Below, piece after piece: positions 13,394-26,915 of a stretch of DNA of 64,000 nt. The position numbers were made by a program, and so were the translations under genes. Numbering within the stretch: position 1 is the stretch's first letter; every line of letters begins with the position of its first letter. Under the pieces are notes generated by a model. It searched no databases and was not told the DNA's origin. It saw nothing but the letters and a program-made list of their open reading frames with translations. Origin of the DNA: Mobula hypostoma (taxonomy: Eukaryota); the NCBI RefSeq assembly GCF_963921235.1, contig NC_086108.1, positions 60,512,001 to 60,576,000 on the forward strand. The letters run 5' to 3'.

Positions 13394-14023
13394 CAAACAC
13401 GAGGAAGTCTGCAAATGCTGGAATTTAAAGCAACACACATAAAAGTTGCTGGTGAACGCAACAGGCCAGGCAGCATCTCTAGGAAGAGGTACAGTCGACG
13501 TTTCGGGCCAAGACCCTTCGTCAGGACTAACTGAAAGAAGAGCTAGTAAGAGATTTGGAAGTGGGAGGGAGAGGGGGAGATCTGAAATGATAGGAGAAGA
13601 CAGGAGGGGGAGGGATGGAGCCAAGAGCTGGACAGTTGATTGGCAAAAGGGATATGAGAGGATCATGGGACAGGAGGCCCAGGGAGAAGGAAAAGGGGGA
13701 GGGGGGAAGCCTAGAGGATGGGCAAGGGGTGTAGTGAGAGGGACAGAGGGAGAAAAAGGAGAGAGAGGAAAAAGAATGTGTGTATATAAATAAATAACGG
13801 ATGGGGTACAAGGGGGAGGTGGGGCATTAGCGGAAGTTAGAGAAGTCAGTGTTCATGCCATCAGGTTGGAGGCTACCCAGACGGAATATAAGGTGTTGTT
13901 CCTCCAACCTGAGTGTGGCTTCATCTTTACAGTAGAGGAGGCCGTGGATAGACATATCAGAATGGGAATGGGACGTGGAATTAAAATGTGTGGCCACTGG
14001 GAGATCCTGCTTTCTCTGGCGGG
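13394..14023 (-). mobile_element. Penelope-like 3' fragment with terminal repeat
   Basis: GIY-YIG C-terminus (PVATHFN...LEEQHLIFRLGSLQPDGMN); 14-bp TSD CAGTAACCAAAATG at 13380-13393 and 14024-14037. Confidence 0.92.
13493..13528 (-). ncRNA. Minimal hammerhead ribozyme motif, intact core
   Basis: AGTC-CTGACGA-AGGGTCTTGGCCC-GAAAC-GTC^GACT. Confidence 0.75.
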
Positions 14024-14421
14024 CAGTAACCAAAATGGTAGGGTTGCTTGTTATTGATCGCTCCTCCATCATTCTATAGAAAATTCATTATTAACACCAC
14101 TTTTTAAAGAAAAAGCTCCTACATCTAAGACATGTTTAGGCTTGTCATGTAAATAGTTGATTAAGTTAAAATAAGCATTTGAAGGATGGGGGCTTTAATG
14201 AGATGCAGAGAAAGAAGTCAGTGCCTTCAATCATGCATTCCAGAATAAGTCAGTATTTTTGAGAAAGAAGAGGACGTGATCTGATGGAATAAATAACTGA
14301 TAATTTAGAAGATATATTTTACCTTTGCACAGAACATTAGGTAGAAATCTGCTAGTTTGTTTTAAGTTATTCTACTGGCAATGCTTTTCTTAAATGGAAC
14401 AAAATATATGTTTACTTCTAG

Positions 14422-14521
14422 GGATCCGGAGGGTCTTCGAGTATTCTACTACCTGGTACAGGACTTGAAATGCCTAGTTTTCAGTCTCATCGGGCTACAT
14501 TTCAAGATCAAGCCCATCTAA
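14422..14521 (+). CDS. MAGOH: MAGOH last coding exon
   Basis: tag|G GAT CCG...; [32 protein letters not shown] then TAA; phase matches exon 4. Confidence 0.97.
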
Positions 14522-14724
14522 GAATTTGATGTCCACACAAGGAAGATGGATTTGGGGATGGATTGAAGTGGGTGGTTGGGGAAATAAGGGATAGTAATAA
14601 TTGGCTTGGGGTGACTCTTTGTTACAGGAACTAACTTTGTCTAATGTGGATTGTGGATTTGGTAATTTTTTTTAATGTGAATATAAATAATTCCATCTTT
14701 ATAAACTATTACTTTTTATATTAA

Positions 14725-14730
14725 AATAAA
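14725..14730 (+). terminator. Probable MAGOH polyadenylation signal
   Basis: AATAAA about 200 bp after the stop, with T-rich sequence around it. Confidence 0.6.
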
Positions 14731-16849
14731 TGTCATTTACATTTGTTTGCTGCTGGAAGTTCGCTTTTAAAGAATTAAAGAAGTCACTAAACGGTATTGC
14801 TATTTCATAATGTATCTCTAAAGGTTCAATGACACCTCAGCAGGCAAGCCAACATATTTTTGTCCAGACCTTTAAATAATTTTATTAATCAAGAAAGCAT
14901 TTGTTAGCAAATACTAACAAAGATAGCATTTGTTTTGTTAATCCAAAACAAAAAAGCTGTTTTGGAGTATATAACAGCTTTTATGAAACATGCCACCCGA
15001 GTCTTTATACAGTTTTGTGGTTAGAGGATAGTATGAAGCCAAGATTAGAGGTTGGGTATCATTTTAACTGCAGACAATTGTATGTTTTTTTATATTTTTA
15101 AAAAATACTCCTGATTGAAAGGATTGGGTCCACTTCCTGCAATTTCCATTACTGAAGATGCTTTGCCTTACCAGCAACACCGGATCAACATCAGGAATGT
15201 CTGTCAGCAGAAAGAATATGATTGCTCTGGCTGGATGTTTGTCAATATGATAGGAATAATTAAAATCTTGAAGAATACTTATTTTGATTAGTTTCTTTTC
15301 TATTTATCTCCACAATACCTTATACTTCTAAGAATTTTTTTCCCTCCATAGTATTTTTAGTGCCCAATGTTTACTCGAGGAATTGCTGTGCTTTGTTAAA
15401 TTATTTTCATGGTTCATTTTCCCATTTGTTTTAAAAATTTTACTCTGGAAGTTTGTGCACATTTTTGGATAATGTGCAAGAGAAGGTAGCTATATTAAAA
15501 GTTTATTTGGATGTATGATTACACCAGACCATTTTCTTGAGGTCTGAAAACTACCCAGTGTTATAGCTATGAGGTGTAGTGGAAAGTCGGATTTTTTTTT
15601 AGAAGCTTCAGGTATGCCAAGGTGATTTCAGTCCTGTATTAGTTGAGGCATAACAAATGTGATGTAAACTTTGACGACACCATTGAATACTTGGGCTCAG
15701 ACCTTGGTTCTTGTGTGTCACTTAGTCCATTTGAAATGAATCTCATAGAGAACGTATAGGAATAAAGGACCCAAGAAATATCACCCTATTATAAACCGAG
15801 TGCTATGTAGGTAACAATAGGGGAAGGTGTGGGTCATCTAACACTTCAAGTCTATTGCCCCGGTCATTAGGATTTTAAAAACAGGAATTGTTGAAAACAA
15901 TCAGCAGATCAGGCAAAATTTGTGGAAAGGGAGTAAATTTGTTGGTCCAGAGATATGTCATATAAAGATTAAGTTGCAAGCAGAGTTGGGAGGGTTTTCA
16001 TGGATGCTGCCAGATTTCAGTGTTTGGAGCATTTTCTGATTTTTTAAGTTTGGATTTCCACCAACTGAAGTATTTCTGTTCTGATTTTAACCATAATATC
16101 ATTTTTTGCCTCTATCTATACAATGCTATATAATTTTCATGTGATACCACTAGCAATCATGCTTTTTAACAAGCATTTATGTGGAATATTTTAAATGCAG
16201 CAAAGAAGTTTCCCCCAGAAGCTTTACAGGATAAAGCCATGGTGCTGTCATTGAAGTGGTATATTCTTTAAAAGTGTTTATTGGGAGCAGTTAAATCGTG
16301 CTCAAATTAGGGGCCTTGGCTAGAATATTGTGTACAGGTCTGAGTTCGGTGGAGCTTCACCAAATCGACCTGCAATAGTGGGTTTGTGAAATTAAATCCG
16401 CTAGGCCTTTACTCAATTTAAGAAAGAATAATAACGATCTCATTAAAATGTACAAAATTCATATGGGTCTTTATGGGGGGAAATACAGGATTCGTGTTTT
16501 TCCGGGTTTAGATTCCTGCATTCAGCAATTACTGAACCATAGTAAGGAGATGGCTGTCGGAGAAAAAAAGAAAAAACTTCTTTATCCAGAGGGAAATTAA
16601 TCTTTGGAAAGTGCTACTCTAAACAGCTGCTGAGACAGTTGCGAATCATATTCGATACCGCAATAGTTTTTTTTCAAATCAACGAATCGAGGGACAGGTA
16701 GTTGTCAGAGCTGGCATAGGTCTTATTGAATACCATCACAAGAAACATCATCTGAAGGCCCAATTACGGTTGTTTTTTTTAATATTTCTTAAAATGCAGT
16801 GAATTTTTACTTGTGGTTACTTATAAACGTGGGAATAAAGTTAATGACA

Positions 16850-16985
16850 CAGCTACCTCATGGTCGTCCAGGGTGAATAACTGGGCAGTTGACTGCAGTG
16901 GTGGCACCGATGTGTAGGGGGCGCTGCGGCAGCACTGTCGCAATTACTTTGCGCCAACAGGCCGTAAATCGATGGCAGTCCAAAG
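16850..16985 (+). promoter_or_regulatory. CZIB promoter/5'UTR (small CpG-enriched patch)
   Basis: Local GC/CpG enrichment just upstream of the ATG at 16986. Confidence 0.5.
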
Positions 16986-16991
16986 ATGGGG
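16986..16991 (+). CDS. CZIB: CXXC motif zinc-binding protein (C1orf123), coding exon 1 (MG)
   Basis: aagATGGGG|gtgagt; strong Kozak context; joins exon 2 in frame. Confidence 0.85.
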
Positions 16992-17073
16992 GTGAGTGAT
17001 GTCCGCGGAGGTTTCAGTGGCATAAGGTTTATTTCTAGTCACTGGGTTAATTTTAGATTGATTATTTTTGCAG

Positions 17074-17157
17074 AAGTTTGGTCTCCAGTTCAAAGCGACT
17101 TTGGAAAATATCAGTAAGCTGCAGCCGGACGGAGAAGATTTCCGCTGGTTCTTGAAG
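17074..17157 (+). CDS. CZIB: CZIB exon 2
   Basis: cag|KFGLQFKATLENISKLQPDGEDFRWFLK|gtggag. Confidence 0.93.
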
Positions 17158-17199
17158 GTGGAGCGACTACAAGGGAGTGTCTGAGCAAATGTTTACGGA

Positions 17200-17710
17200 G
17201 GGTGTGGGTATAGGGCAGGGGTCCCCAGTGACTGTGGATGCGCTGTGTGTGGGGATGAGTGTATGGCAGAGGTCCCCAGTGACTGTGGACACATTGTGTG
17301 TGAGTATAGGTCTGTAGACTTACTGTGTGTGGGGATGAGTGTATGGCAGAGGTCCCCAGTGACTGTGGACACATTGTGTGTGAGTGTAGGTCTGTGGACA
17401 TACTGTGTGTGGGGATGAGTGTCGGGCAGGGGTCCCCAGTGACTGTGGACGCACTGTATGTGGGAATGAGTGTAGGGCAGGGATCCCCAGTGACTGTGAA
17501 CTCACTGTGGGGGTGGGTGTAGGGCAGGGGTCCCCAGTGACTGTGGACACACTGTGTGGGTGTAGGACTGTGAACATACTGGGTGTCTTGTTGGGTGTAG
17601 GGCAGGGTCCCCAGTAACTTAATACTCTGGGCATAGAACTGAGGGCCCCCAGTGACTGGGACACTGTGTGTGTGTGTGGGGGGGGGAGGATGTAGGGGTC
17701 ACCAGTGACA
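17200..17710. repeat. G-rich minisatellite (~50-bp core, ~80-bp higher-order unit)
   Basis: Repeated GGCAG(A/G)GGTCCCCAGTGACTGTGGAC core, about 8-9 copies. Confidence 0.9.
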
Positions 17711-18430
17711 CCAGCGCACACTCTTCTGTATCTAATATGGGTGGAGGGCTGAGTTGAGGAAAGAACTGTATTGTAAGATAGTGATCAAGCTCCACAACTG
17801 TGTGACTGTGACCATTTGTACAAAAGGTTTGGACCTAAAGGCGGCCCAGTTAGTTTAAGAGAACAGCCAATTACTGTTATGTCACATCTACAATCCCTTA
17901 AGTCCCAGACTTGAAACTGTCCTATAACTGTAGTTCAGTGATTAGATAGAGCAGTTTCTGACAACATCATAGCATCGGCACTGCTACATGTCCATACCTG
18001 GGTTTTAGTGCAATGACTACCCAACACCCCTCCATCACCACCCATGTAAGATATTCTTCTATGTTTGTATTTCTCTGCTATTGCTGTGGAGGAGCTCGGT
18101 TTTTATTAAATGACCCTATGTTTCTCTTCCTACCCCTGTTTTCTCCCCTGCTCCCCAGTTGTGTCTGCCATTCTGAATTGGGGAAGCTTAGTTACTGAAT
18201 GATGCTCTTCTCCAGTGTCTCTCGGTTGTGGTTTTTCCTTATAAACTACTGGAATTGTTGAAGTGATAATGCTTCCACAATGGTGTTTGAAAAGGATACA
18301 TAGTTCTTCAGGCAAAACTCCAATTAATCACAAACATGATGTTAACATTTATGAATGTACTATAATTCACTGAATTATATTGCACAATTATAAATAGTCA
18401 ATAATTAATATCTGTATGCTCTTACAATAG

Positions 18431-18487
18431 TTGAAATGTCAGAATTGTGGTGATGTTTCTGAAAAATGGCAGTATGTCACGTTAATG
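18431..18487 (+). CDS. CZIB: CZIB exon 3 (first CXXC)
   Basis: tag|LKCQNCGDVSEKWQYVTLM|gtgagt. Confidence 0.95.
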
Positions 18488-19461
18488 GTGAGTTGTATTT
18501 TGCACATCTTTTATTCATTCCCTTTGATTATTGAAATAAAATACCTTCACTGATTTTATCGTTGCAAGGTAATAATTGGTCAAATTTCTACATGAAGTGC
18601 TAACCTGATGTTCTAACTTCAGTTAGTTTACATATTCTCAGCCATGCTCCAATCAGTGTATGAATAAAATTTACTAATCATTTTCCCAGATCCAATTGTC
18701 TTCATCTCCAGTGATGATTTTATGGGTCTCTTTATTTCCAACATTCATATTGGTACCATCACCCCTATGTATTCTTCCTCTTGCTCTCTCAGTACCCACG
18801 TGTGTCTAACTTGCACAATTCTTTCTTACCACTCTTACTTGAACAATCTCATTTGTCTTTAAGGATACAGTTGCTGTCTCTTTAACATTGAGCCCCTTTC
18901 TATAACTCTCCTACATTAAATGAAGCAATTAGTTATTCATTTCCTCTGCCAAACTTCTAATTCTAGCAGTTCCAAAATGTACACTTTGAATGTTTCCATT
19001 AACGTAACTATTTGGCATATGGCACAGACTACAATGTGTTTGACAAGGATGATGTTCTTTCATAAGCCTTTGACCTTTCCACAAAAACTTGCTAGTGTCA
19101 TCACCTGCTTGAAGCTCTGTGGAACATCAATACCTGAATCAATTTCTCCTTCAAGCTAAGTCAATGTATTACAAGCAATTAATAATTAATTATTACTTCG
19201 AGTTTCATAATAACTTTTTCTTGAGCTCTGACGCTGACCTTTCCCTCTTCATCATGTTTGTGCAACCCCTCAATGATATATTCTCCAGTCGAGGTTTGAT
19301 ATCGCTATTAGGTTATGATATCCAAATGCATTGGTTCTCTGTTTTCCTTGTAGACACCCTGGTTATCAATCTTTTCAGTACTGTTGTATTTTTAAAAACG
19401 TATTAAAGTATCTCCTATTTTAAAAGGTTCCTGCATAAATGCAAGTTGTTGTTTTGTACAG

Positions 19462-19543
19462 AACAGTGCCCCACTCAAAGGTGGGAGAGGAAGTGCCAAT
19501 ATGATACAAAAGTGCAAGTTGTGCTCAAGAGAGAACTCTATTG
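19462..19543 (+). CDS. CZIB: CZIB exon 4 (second CXXC)
   Basis: cag|NSAPLKGGRGSANMIQKCKLCSRENSI(D)|gtaggt. Confidence 0.95.
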
Positions 19544-20041
19544 GTAGGTAAAAGATGGAAGAAATAAAATTCCAAAACCAGTGCTTGAATTACACTGCCC
19601 TTTTCAATTCTTCTGAATATAAATTATATATTGATTAAAATAATATTTATTCTACTAATGACAAGAGTTTTTGATATTTTGTAAATACATATCAAAGTCC
19701 AAATATTTATTTTTGTTTGAGTGCTTTTGGTCTAAATGCCATACATATTAATTTCTTTACAAAAACATAGGAAAAAGGATTAAAATTGTTTATGCCACAT
19801 ATTAGCACAAAATAAGTTCTGTAGTTGCTGTGAAAATTCTTAAGTTCAATATGTTTGCTTTGCAAAACAATGTCATAGAAAAGTACAGAAACAGGCCCTT
19901 CAGCCCATCTAGTCTGTGCTGAAACACTTGAAGTCCCTAGTTCCATAGCCCTCCATTCCCCTGCCATCCACATACCTATCGAAACTTCTCTTAAATGTTG
20001 AAATCAAGCTGGCATGCACCGCTTGTGCTGGTAGCTCAACC

Positions 20042-20315
20042 CACTCATTCCACCGAGATGCAGCACTGAGCGTCATAGGAAGTCATTCCTGCCTGTGGCC
20101 ATCAAACTTTACAACTCCACCCTTGGAGGGTCAGACACCCTGAGCCAATAGGCTGGTCCTGGACTTATTTCCATCTGGCATAATTTACATATTATTATTT
20201 AATTATTTATGGTTTTATCTTGCTGCATTTATACTCTATTCTAGGTTGGTGCAACTGTAACGAAACCCTATTTCCCTCGGGATTAATAAAGTATGTCTGT
20301 CTGTCTGTCTATCTA
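20042..20315 (+). mobile_element. Rex1/Babar-like 3' end nested in CR1
   Basis: Near-identical to 3370-3605; tail (TGTC)n(TATC)n. Confidence 0.8.
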
Positions 20316-21799
20316 TCAATCACACTCTCACAACCTTTTGAATGAAGAAGCTTCCCCTCATGTTCCCCTTAAACTTTCTTCCTTAACCTGTGACCTCTAG
20401 TTGTAGTCCCACCTAACCTCAGTTGAAAAAGCCTGCTTGCATTTACCCTATTTATACCTCTCATAATTTTGTATAGCTCTGTCAAATCTCCCCTCAATCT
20501 TCTATGTTCTAAGGAATAAAGTCCAAACCTATTCAATCTTTCCTTTTAACTCCGGTCCTGTGGTCCAGGCAACATCCTTGAAAACTTTCTCTGTACTTTT
20601 ACAATCTTATTTACATCCTTCCTGTAGGTAGGTGACCAAAACTGCACACAATACTCCAAATTAGGCATCAGCAATGTCTTGTACAACTTCAACAGAACAT
20701 CCCATCTCCTGTACTCAATACTTTGATTTGTGTGGGCCAATGTGCCAAAATTTTTTTTTATGATCTACCTACCTATGATGGCACTTTCAATGAATTATGG
20801 ACTTGTATTCTCAGATCTCTTTGTCGTACGGCACACCTCAGTGACTACCATTCACAGTGTAAGACCTACTCTGGTTGGTTTTACCGAAGTGCAACACCTT
20901 GCATTAAGTTCCATCTGCCATTTCTCCAGCTGGTCCAGATCCTACTCCAAGCTCTGATAGCCTTCCTCACTGTCAACTACACCACCAGCCTTGGTGTCAT
21001 CTGCAGATTTGCTGATCTACTTAACCACATTATCATCCAGATGACAAACAATGATGGACCCTGCACTGATCCCTGCAGCACACCACTAGTCACAGGCCTT
21101 CAATCAGAGAGGCAACCATGTATTACCAGTCTCTGCTTCTGTCACAAAGACAATATGTAACCCAGTCTACTACCTCATCTTGAATGCCAAGCAACGGAAC
21201 CTTCTTAACTAACCTTCTATGGAGGACTTTGTCAAATGCCTTGCTAAAGTCCATGCAGACAACATCCACTGCCTTACCTTCACAAACTTTCTCGTAACTT
21301 CCTCGAAAAACTCTATAAGATTGGTTAGACACAACCTACCATGCACAAAACCATGCTGACTATCCTTGTCTATCAGTCCATGTCTATCCCAATACTGTTC
21401 CCTTAACTTTTCCACTACTAATGTCAGGCTCACCAGCCTATAAATTCCTGGTTTGCTTTTAGAGCCATTCTTAAACAGTGGAACAACATTAGCTGTCCTC
21501 CAATCCTCTGGTACCTCAACTGTTGCTTGTACTGTAATTTAAATATCTCTGCTAGGGCCCTGCAATTTATGCACTTGCCTTCCACAGGATCCAAGGGAAC
21601 ATCTTGTCAGGACCTGAGGATTTATCCACCCTAATTTGCCTCAATACAGCAAACACCACCTCTTCTGAAATCTGTATAGGGTCTATGACCTCACTGTTGC
21701 TTTGCCTCACTTCTGTAGATTCTGTGTTCATCTCCTGAGTAAATACAGATGCAAAAAATCCATTTAAGATGTACCCTATATCTTTTGGCTCCATGCGTT

Positions 21800-22255
21800 G
21801 GACCAGAAGTCCCCACAGAGACTGTGAGAGCAGCTGAGTGGATCATGGGGGTACCCTGCCATCCATCGGGGACATTTTTCAGGAGCGCTGCATACCTTGC
21901 AGGGCCCTTAGTATTATATAGCATCCTCTTTGACTTTCTACCATAAGGCAGCAGACTATGATGCATAAAAATAAGAACGGTCAGGATGAGGAAGTTTCTT
22001 CCCCCAGGCCATTAGGCTTCTGAGCTCCCTGCCGCATCGTATTTGGTCTCACTGGTTAATCTGTTCTATACCTTAGAATATTTAATATTAATGCACTTTA
22101 GTTTGTTATTTATGTGTGATTCATCTGTAGATTTTATCTTTACCTTCTTAAGTTATTGTGTGATATGTGTACTACTGTGCCTTACACCCCGGTTTGGAGA
22201 AACATTGTCTCATTTCTATATACATGTATATAGTTGAATAACAATAAACTTGACT
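21800..22255 (+). mobile_element. Rex1/Babar-like 3' fragment nested in CR1
   Basis: TTCTTCCCCCAGGCCATTAGG motif, AATAAA + TTGAC tail. Confidence 0.6.
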
Positions 22256-23129
22256 AGATGGCATAGATTACCATTCTGATCTTCCAAAGGACCAATTTTG
22301 TCCCTTTCAAACCTTTTGCTCTTAACATATCTCCATTATCTTGTCTGCTAGGGCAACCTTGTGCCTTTTTGTAGCCCTTCTTATTCCTTAAGTGTTCTCT
22401 TGCACTACTTATACTCCATGAGTACTTCATTTGTTCCTGCCTGCCTGTACCTGCTATGCACCTTTTTTTTCCTCAAGCGAGAACTCAGTATCTCTTGAAA
22501 ACTAGGGTTCCCTAAACCTGTTATTTTTTCCTTTATTTTGAAGGGCACATACAAGCTTTGTACTCTCAAAATTTTGTTCCAATTTCCCAAGTACACCTTT
22601 GCCAGAAAGCAGCCTGTCCCAAACCACACTTGGGCCATATCCTTCCAGATACCATCACAATTGGCCTTTCTCCAGTTGCGAATCTCATCCCACGGACTAG
22701 ACCTATCTTTTTCCATATTTACTTTGAAACTAATGGCATTATGATCACTAGATGCAAAGTGTTCCCCAACACAAACTTTAGTTACCTGCCCTGTCTGATT
22801 CCCTTTTTGGGGGATCAAGTATCACAGACTCTCTTGTTGGGACTGGTCAGCAGTCTTTTTATTTGATTATGGCTGTAATTAGGGATTTCAGTTTTACCAG
22901 GCCTCCTTAACAGCATAGTTGAACAAATGCCACCTTGATATCACAAAGAATTTGTCTCATTTCAACTTTGGAATTCTTCTTTCATCCATGTTGGATTGCA
23001 CGCTGGGGACCAGAAGAGGAGACAGAAGTGAATCAGCTTTTGAAACATCTGGCTGAGGATGGATGCAATCACTACTCCCTTATTTTTGTCACTTACCTAG
23101 CTTGTTTGTTGAAGAAGTTAGTTATTTAG

Positions 23130-23700
23130 TGCCATAGAGCTGTACACCACAGAGAAAGGCCTTTCAGTCCATAGCTGTCTATGTGACCAAAGTGTATATT
23201 CCAGGTAATCCCATTTCCCAGATCCTTCTAAACTCTTGTCATCCATATATCTATCCATATACTTTAAAGTATATCTAACGTACCTGTCTCAACCACTCAC
23301 TCTGGCAGCTGGTTCTATACTTGTTATCTATGTCCACTGTGTATTAAAAGATAACATTGCCCATTGGGTTATTAGACCTTTCACCTCTAACCTGTAAATT
23401 ATGTCTTCTGGTTTTCAATTCCCTAGCACTGGAAAAAAGACTGCTTACTCTGTCTATGCCTCTCATGAAATTGTCTATCTCTGAGATCACCCCTCAGCCT
23501 CTTTCTGTTCTAAGGAATTAAGGCCCACCTCATCTAACTTCTCCCTACAACTCAGTTCCTCAAGTCTTTGCTATACTCATGGAATTCTTTTTTACACTTT
23601 TTCCAGTCAATCACATAGTTCCTATAACAGGGTGACCAAAACCGAATGTAATAATCCACATATGGCCTCACCAATATCTTGTACAATTGCATCATAACCC
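23130..23700 (-). mobile_element. Old CR1 3' fragment
   Basis: Similar to 19880-20700. Confidence 0.55.
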
Positions 23701-24586
23701 AGTTGTTCAGTGCCATTCACAGATGGACATGGCAGGACCATGGACCTTTGATTTGATGATCATCTGACCATAAGACATTCTTCCACACATTTACAGTATC
23801 TTCTAAGTGATGATTTGCAAAGCCTTTACAGGCAAGAATTGTTTTATTTTAGTCAGGGTTTCTTTCTTGCCACTCTTCCATAAATGTCTGTTGTCCAATG
23901 ACTTAAGAGATTGTGGAGCCATGAACTTCATCTCCAGTTGCAGCCACTGACATACGCAGCTCACTCAGAATGACTGTTGGCATTACAGTACCCTCTCTTA
24001 CAAGTGCCATTTTTCTCCAGTGACTAAGTTTAGAGAAGTGGCCTGACTTAGGCAGTGTGGCTGTGGGTTTCCTCTTTTTTCCACTTTTTCCACAATGATC
24101 TGCACCGAGCTCTGAGGTATGTTCAGTGCCTTTGAAATGGTCTTGTACCCTTACCCAGATTTGTACTTTCTATTATCATTTCCCTGATTTGTCTTGAATG
24201 CTCTTTTGTCTTCATTTTGGTTTGGTCTGTCGAAAATCTATTATACTGTTGGACCTTACAGAGGGAGGTCTTATGAATTCATTGAAAATAGGTGATCCTC
24301 CAATTTTTTATATCAACAAATTGGGTGAGTTGGTAATGTAATAATTGCACCCAAGGAAAGTTGGTGTAGTAATTACAAAGGGGCTGAATACTCTTACAGC
24401 CTTACAGTTTTGGTTAAATTTCAGTAATTTATTGACAGATTTTAAAATATTTTCTTTTCATTTGACATGATGCAAAATGTTTTGTAGATTAGTTCAAAAA
24501 GTCCTACTTCAATATATTTTAAATTGAGAAAGTGGGACAGGAAGATTTGAAAGTAGTGAGGGCCGAATAATTTTTTAAGGTACTGT
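23700..24586 (-). mobile_element. Degraded Tc1/mariner fragment
   Basis: TA-CAGTACCTTAAAAAATTATTCGGCCC terminus on - and internal GGGGCTGAATAC direct-repeat-like motif. Confidence 0.5.
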
Positions 24587-25119
24587 AGTTTTATTATGTT
24601 TTGTTGACCATCTGGTACAACTGTTTGGCTTGCTATAACTTTTCGCAAGGCATTACTGATCACATAATTTCAAGGTCACCATTACTGATTTTCTTTTAAT
24701 TCCAGATTTATTTTAATTAAATAAATTTAGGTTCCCCAGCTGGTGTCTTGAGATTGGAATCCATGCCTCTGGATTACTAGTCCATTACATTAATCACTTT
24801 TTTTTCCATTTCCTTAAAATGATCTGCACTTAGCTGCAGGGGTATTTTGGAATCTTAAGATTCTTGAAAAAAAATTGTAAGTGAAAATACTTCTTGAAAA
24901 AGGACTGATTTTTATAATTATTTCCACTGGTATTAAAAGGTATGATTCATCGGATGGTAGTCTGCAAAAATTGGGATTGATATCCGGTCTCTCTTTTTGT
25001 TTGTGTTTTCAAATCAAATTTGTTACCCATTCTGTCTGGAACTCCCTGTTTCCAGTTCCATGGCATACTTTTGTTGCCTTTAGTTACTCTGGAATACAGA
25101 TCAGTTACAGTTGGCATAC

Positions 25120-25870
25120 AGGGTTTAATCAGGGCAAGTGTGAGGCATTGCGCTTTGGGAGGCCAAATATAAGGGGCAAGTATAGTTAATAGCGGGACCC
25201 CAAACTGCATTGTTGAACGAAAGGATCTTAAGGTCCAGCTTCATACCTCCCTGAAGGTAGCAATCACGTAGATAGAGTGGGAAAGAATACACATAGCATA
25301 GAGTACAAGAGTGAGGAGCTCTAGTTGCAGTTGTATACAATTTCTGTTGGGCTACACTTGGAGCATTGCATGCAACTCTAGTTTCTCCCATTGCAGAAAA
25401 GATGTAGAGACTTTAGAGTAGATAGATATTTATCAGGATGCTGCCTCAAATAGATGTCATGAGCCTTAACGAGAGGTTGGTAACACTTAAAGCTGTTTTC
25501 TCTGGAGAATCGGAGGCTGATTGGGGACCTGTTAGAAGTTTATAAAATTATGAGAGGCATAGGGTATGCAGTCAGATTTTCTCCCCCCCAGGATTGAAAT
25601 GTCAAATACTAGAGGGTATAGCTTTAAGGCGGGGGGGGGGTTGGAATTTGAAGGGGATATGCTGAACAAATATTTATACGCAGGGTAGGTATCCAGAACA
25701 GCACGTCAGGATTGGTAGTAGTAGTGGATGCAGATACAATGGTGACATTTAGGCTTATAGATAAATGCATGAATATTCAGGGATTGTAAATCATGTGTAG
25801 ACAGAAGGGATTAGTTTAATTTGGCATTATGCTCAGCAGACCAAAGGGCCTGTTCTTGTATTGTTATGTT
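25120..25870 (+). mobile_element. CR1 3' fragment
   Basis: KCEALRFG motif and CR1 3'UTR. Confidence 0.65.
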
Positions 25871-26479
25871 TTCTTGAGCATCCTTTCATTGCTTCACTCA
25901 TGACAGTTATGTTCAACTGTCTTGGCTTCTGTTGTTACCATTCCACTTCTCTTCCCTTAAAACCGTAAAATGTTCCTTAAAACCTACCAGTTTATACACA
26001 CATTTGGCCATCTGCTTTATCTCCTCTTTTGGCTCAGCTTGTTTTTATTTACACGTGAAAATAGGAGCAGGAATAGGACATATGACCCCTCAAGCCTGAC
26101 TTGCCATTCAAAGTAATAATGGCTAATATTTCTAAAGTTTGTTTACCTCCCTCTTAAATTTCCTACCCCAGAGGAGATAATTAAGAGATTTGCAATACTT
26201 CGGGAAGAAAGTCATGTTCATGTTCAGGACTACCCTTTTCCCTCCTCCTGACCTCCAAAGAATACAGATCTAACTTTTCTGGTCATCCTCTTGTCTCAAG
26301 AATTAGGGTAGTGAATCTCCTGTGGATTGCTTTCAATATTATTATATCTGGTGGTGAATCTCTTTATTTTCTGATGCTTAGGTTTCTTTCAGGAGTCAGT
26401 GATGACGACGAATCTTAATTCTAATGATTGTTTATTTTAGAGTACAAACATACAAATACTAAGCAAACTAAATAAAGAC

Positions 26480-26915
26480 CATAAGACATAGGCCATTTGG
26501 TCCATCGAGTCTACTCCGCCATTCAATCATGGCTGATCCTTTCTTCCCCTCCTCAGCCCCACTCTCCGGCCTTCTGCCCACAATCTTTGATACCGTGGCC
26601 AATCAGGATCCTATCAATCTCCAAATTAAATACACTTAATGCATGCATTACTAAATGACAATAAAAAAGGACTGCGTATCTTCATAATCTAAAGAACCTG
26701 GCCTCCACAGTTGCCTGTGGTAACAAATTCCACGAATTCACCACCTTCTGGCTAAAGAAATTTCTCTGCATCTTTGTTTTAAATGGACGTCCCTCTATCC
26801 CAAGTCCGTGCCATCCTATCCACATCTGTTGTACAGGCCCTTCAACATTCGAAAGGTTTCAATGAGATTGTCCTCATTCATCTAAATTCCAGCGAGTACA
26901 GGCCCAGAGCCATCA
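26480..26915 (-). mobile_element. CR1 3' fragment
   Basis: ACCATAAGACATAGG...GAATTCACCACCTTCTGGCTAAAGAAATTTCT. Confidence 0.65.

Larger units (their letters stand above)
19875..22820 (-). mobile_element. CR1 LINE, fragmented
   Basis: DFSKAFDKV, QHGF, SSDHN, LEYCVQFWSP remnants on the - strand. Confidence 0.85.

Noticed and set aside
17200-17710. CRISPR-like repeat-spacer array
   Set aside because: Eukaryotic intron; the 'spacers' are themselves homologous; no cas genes
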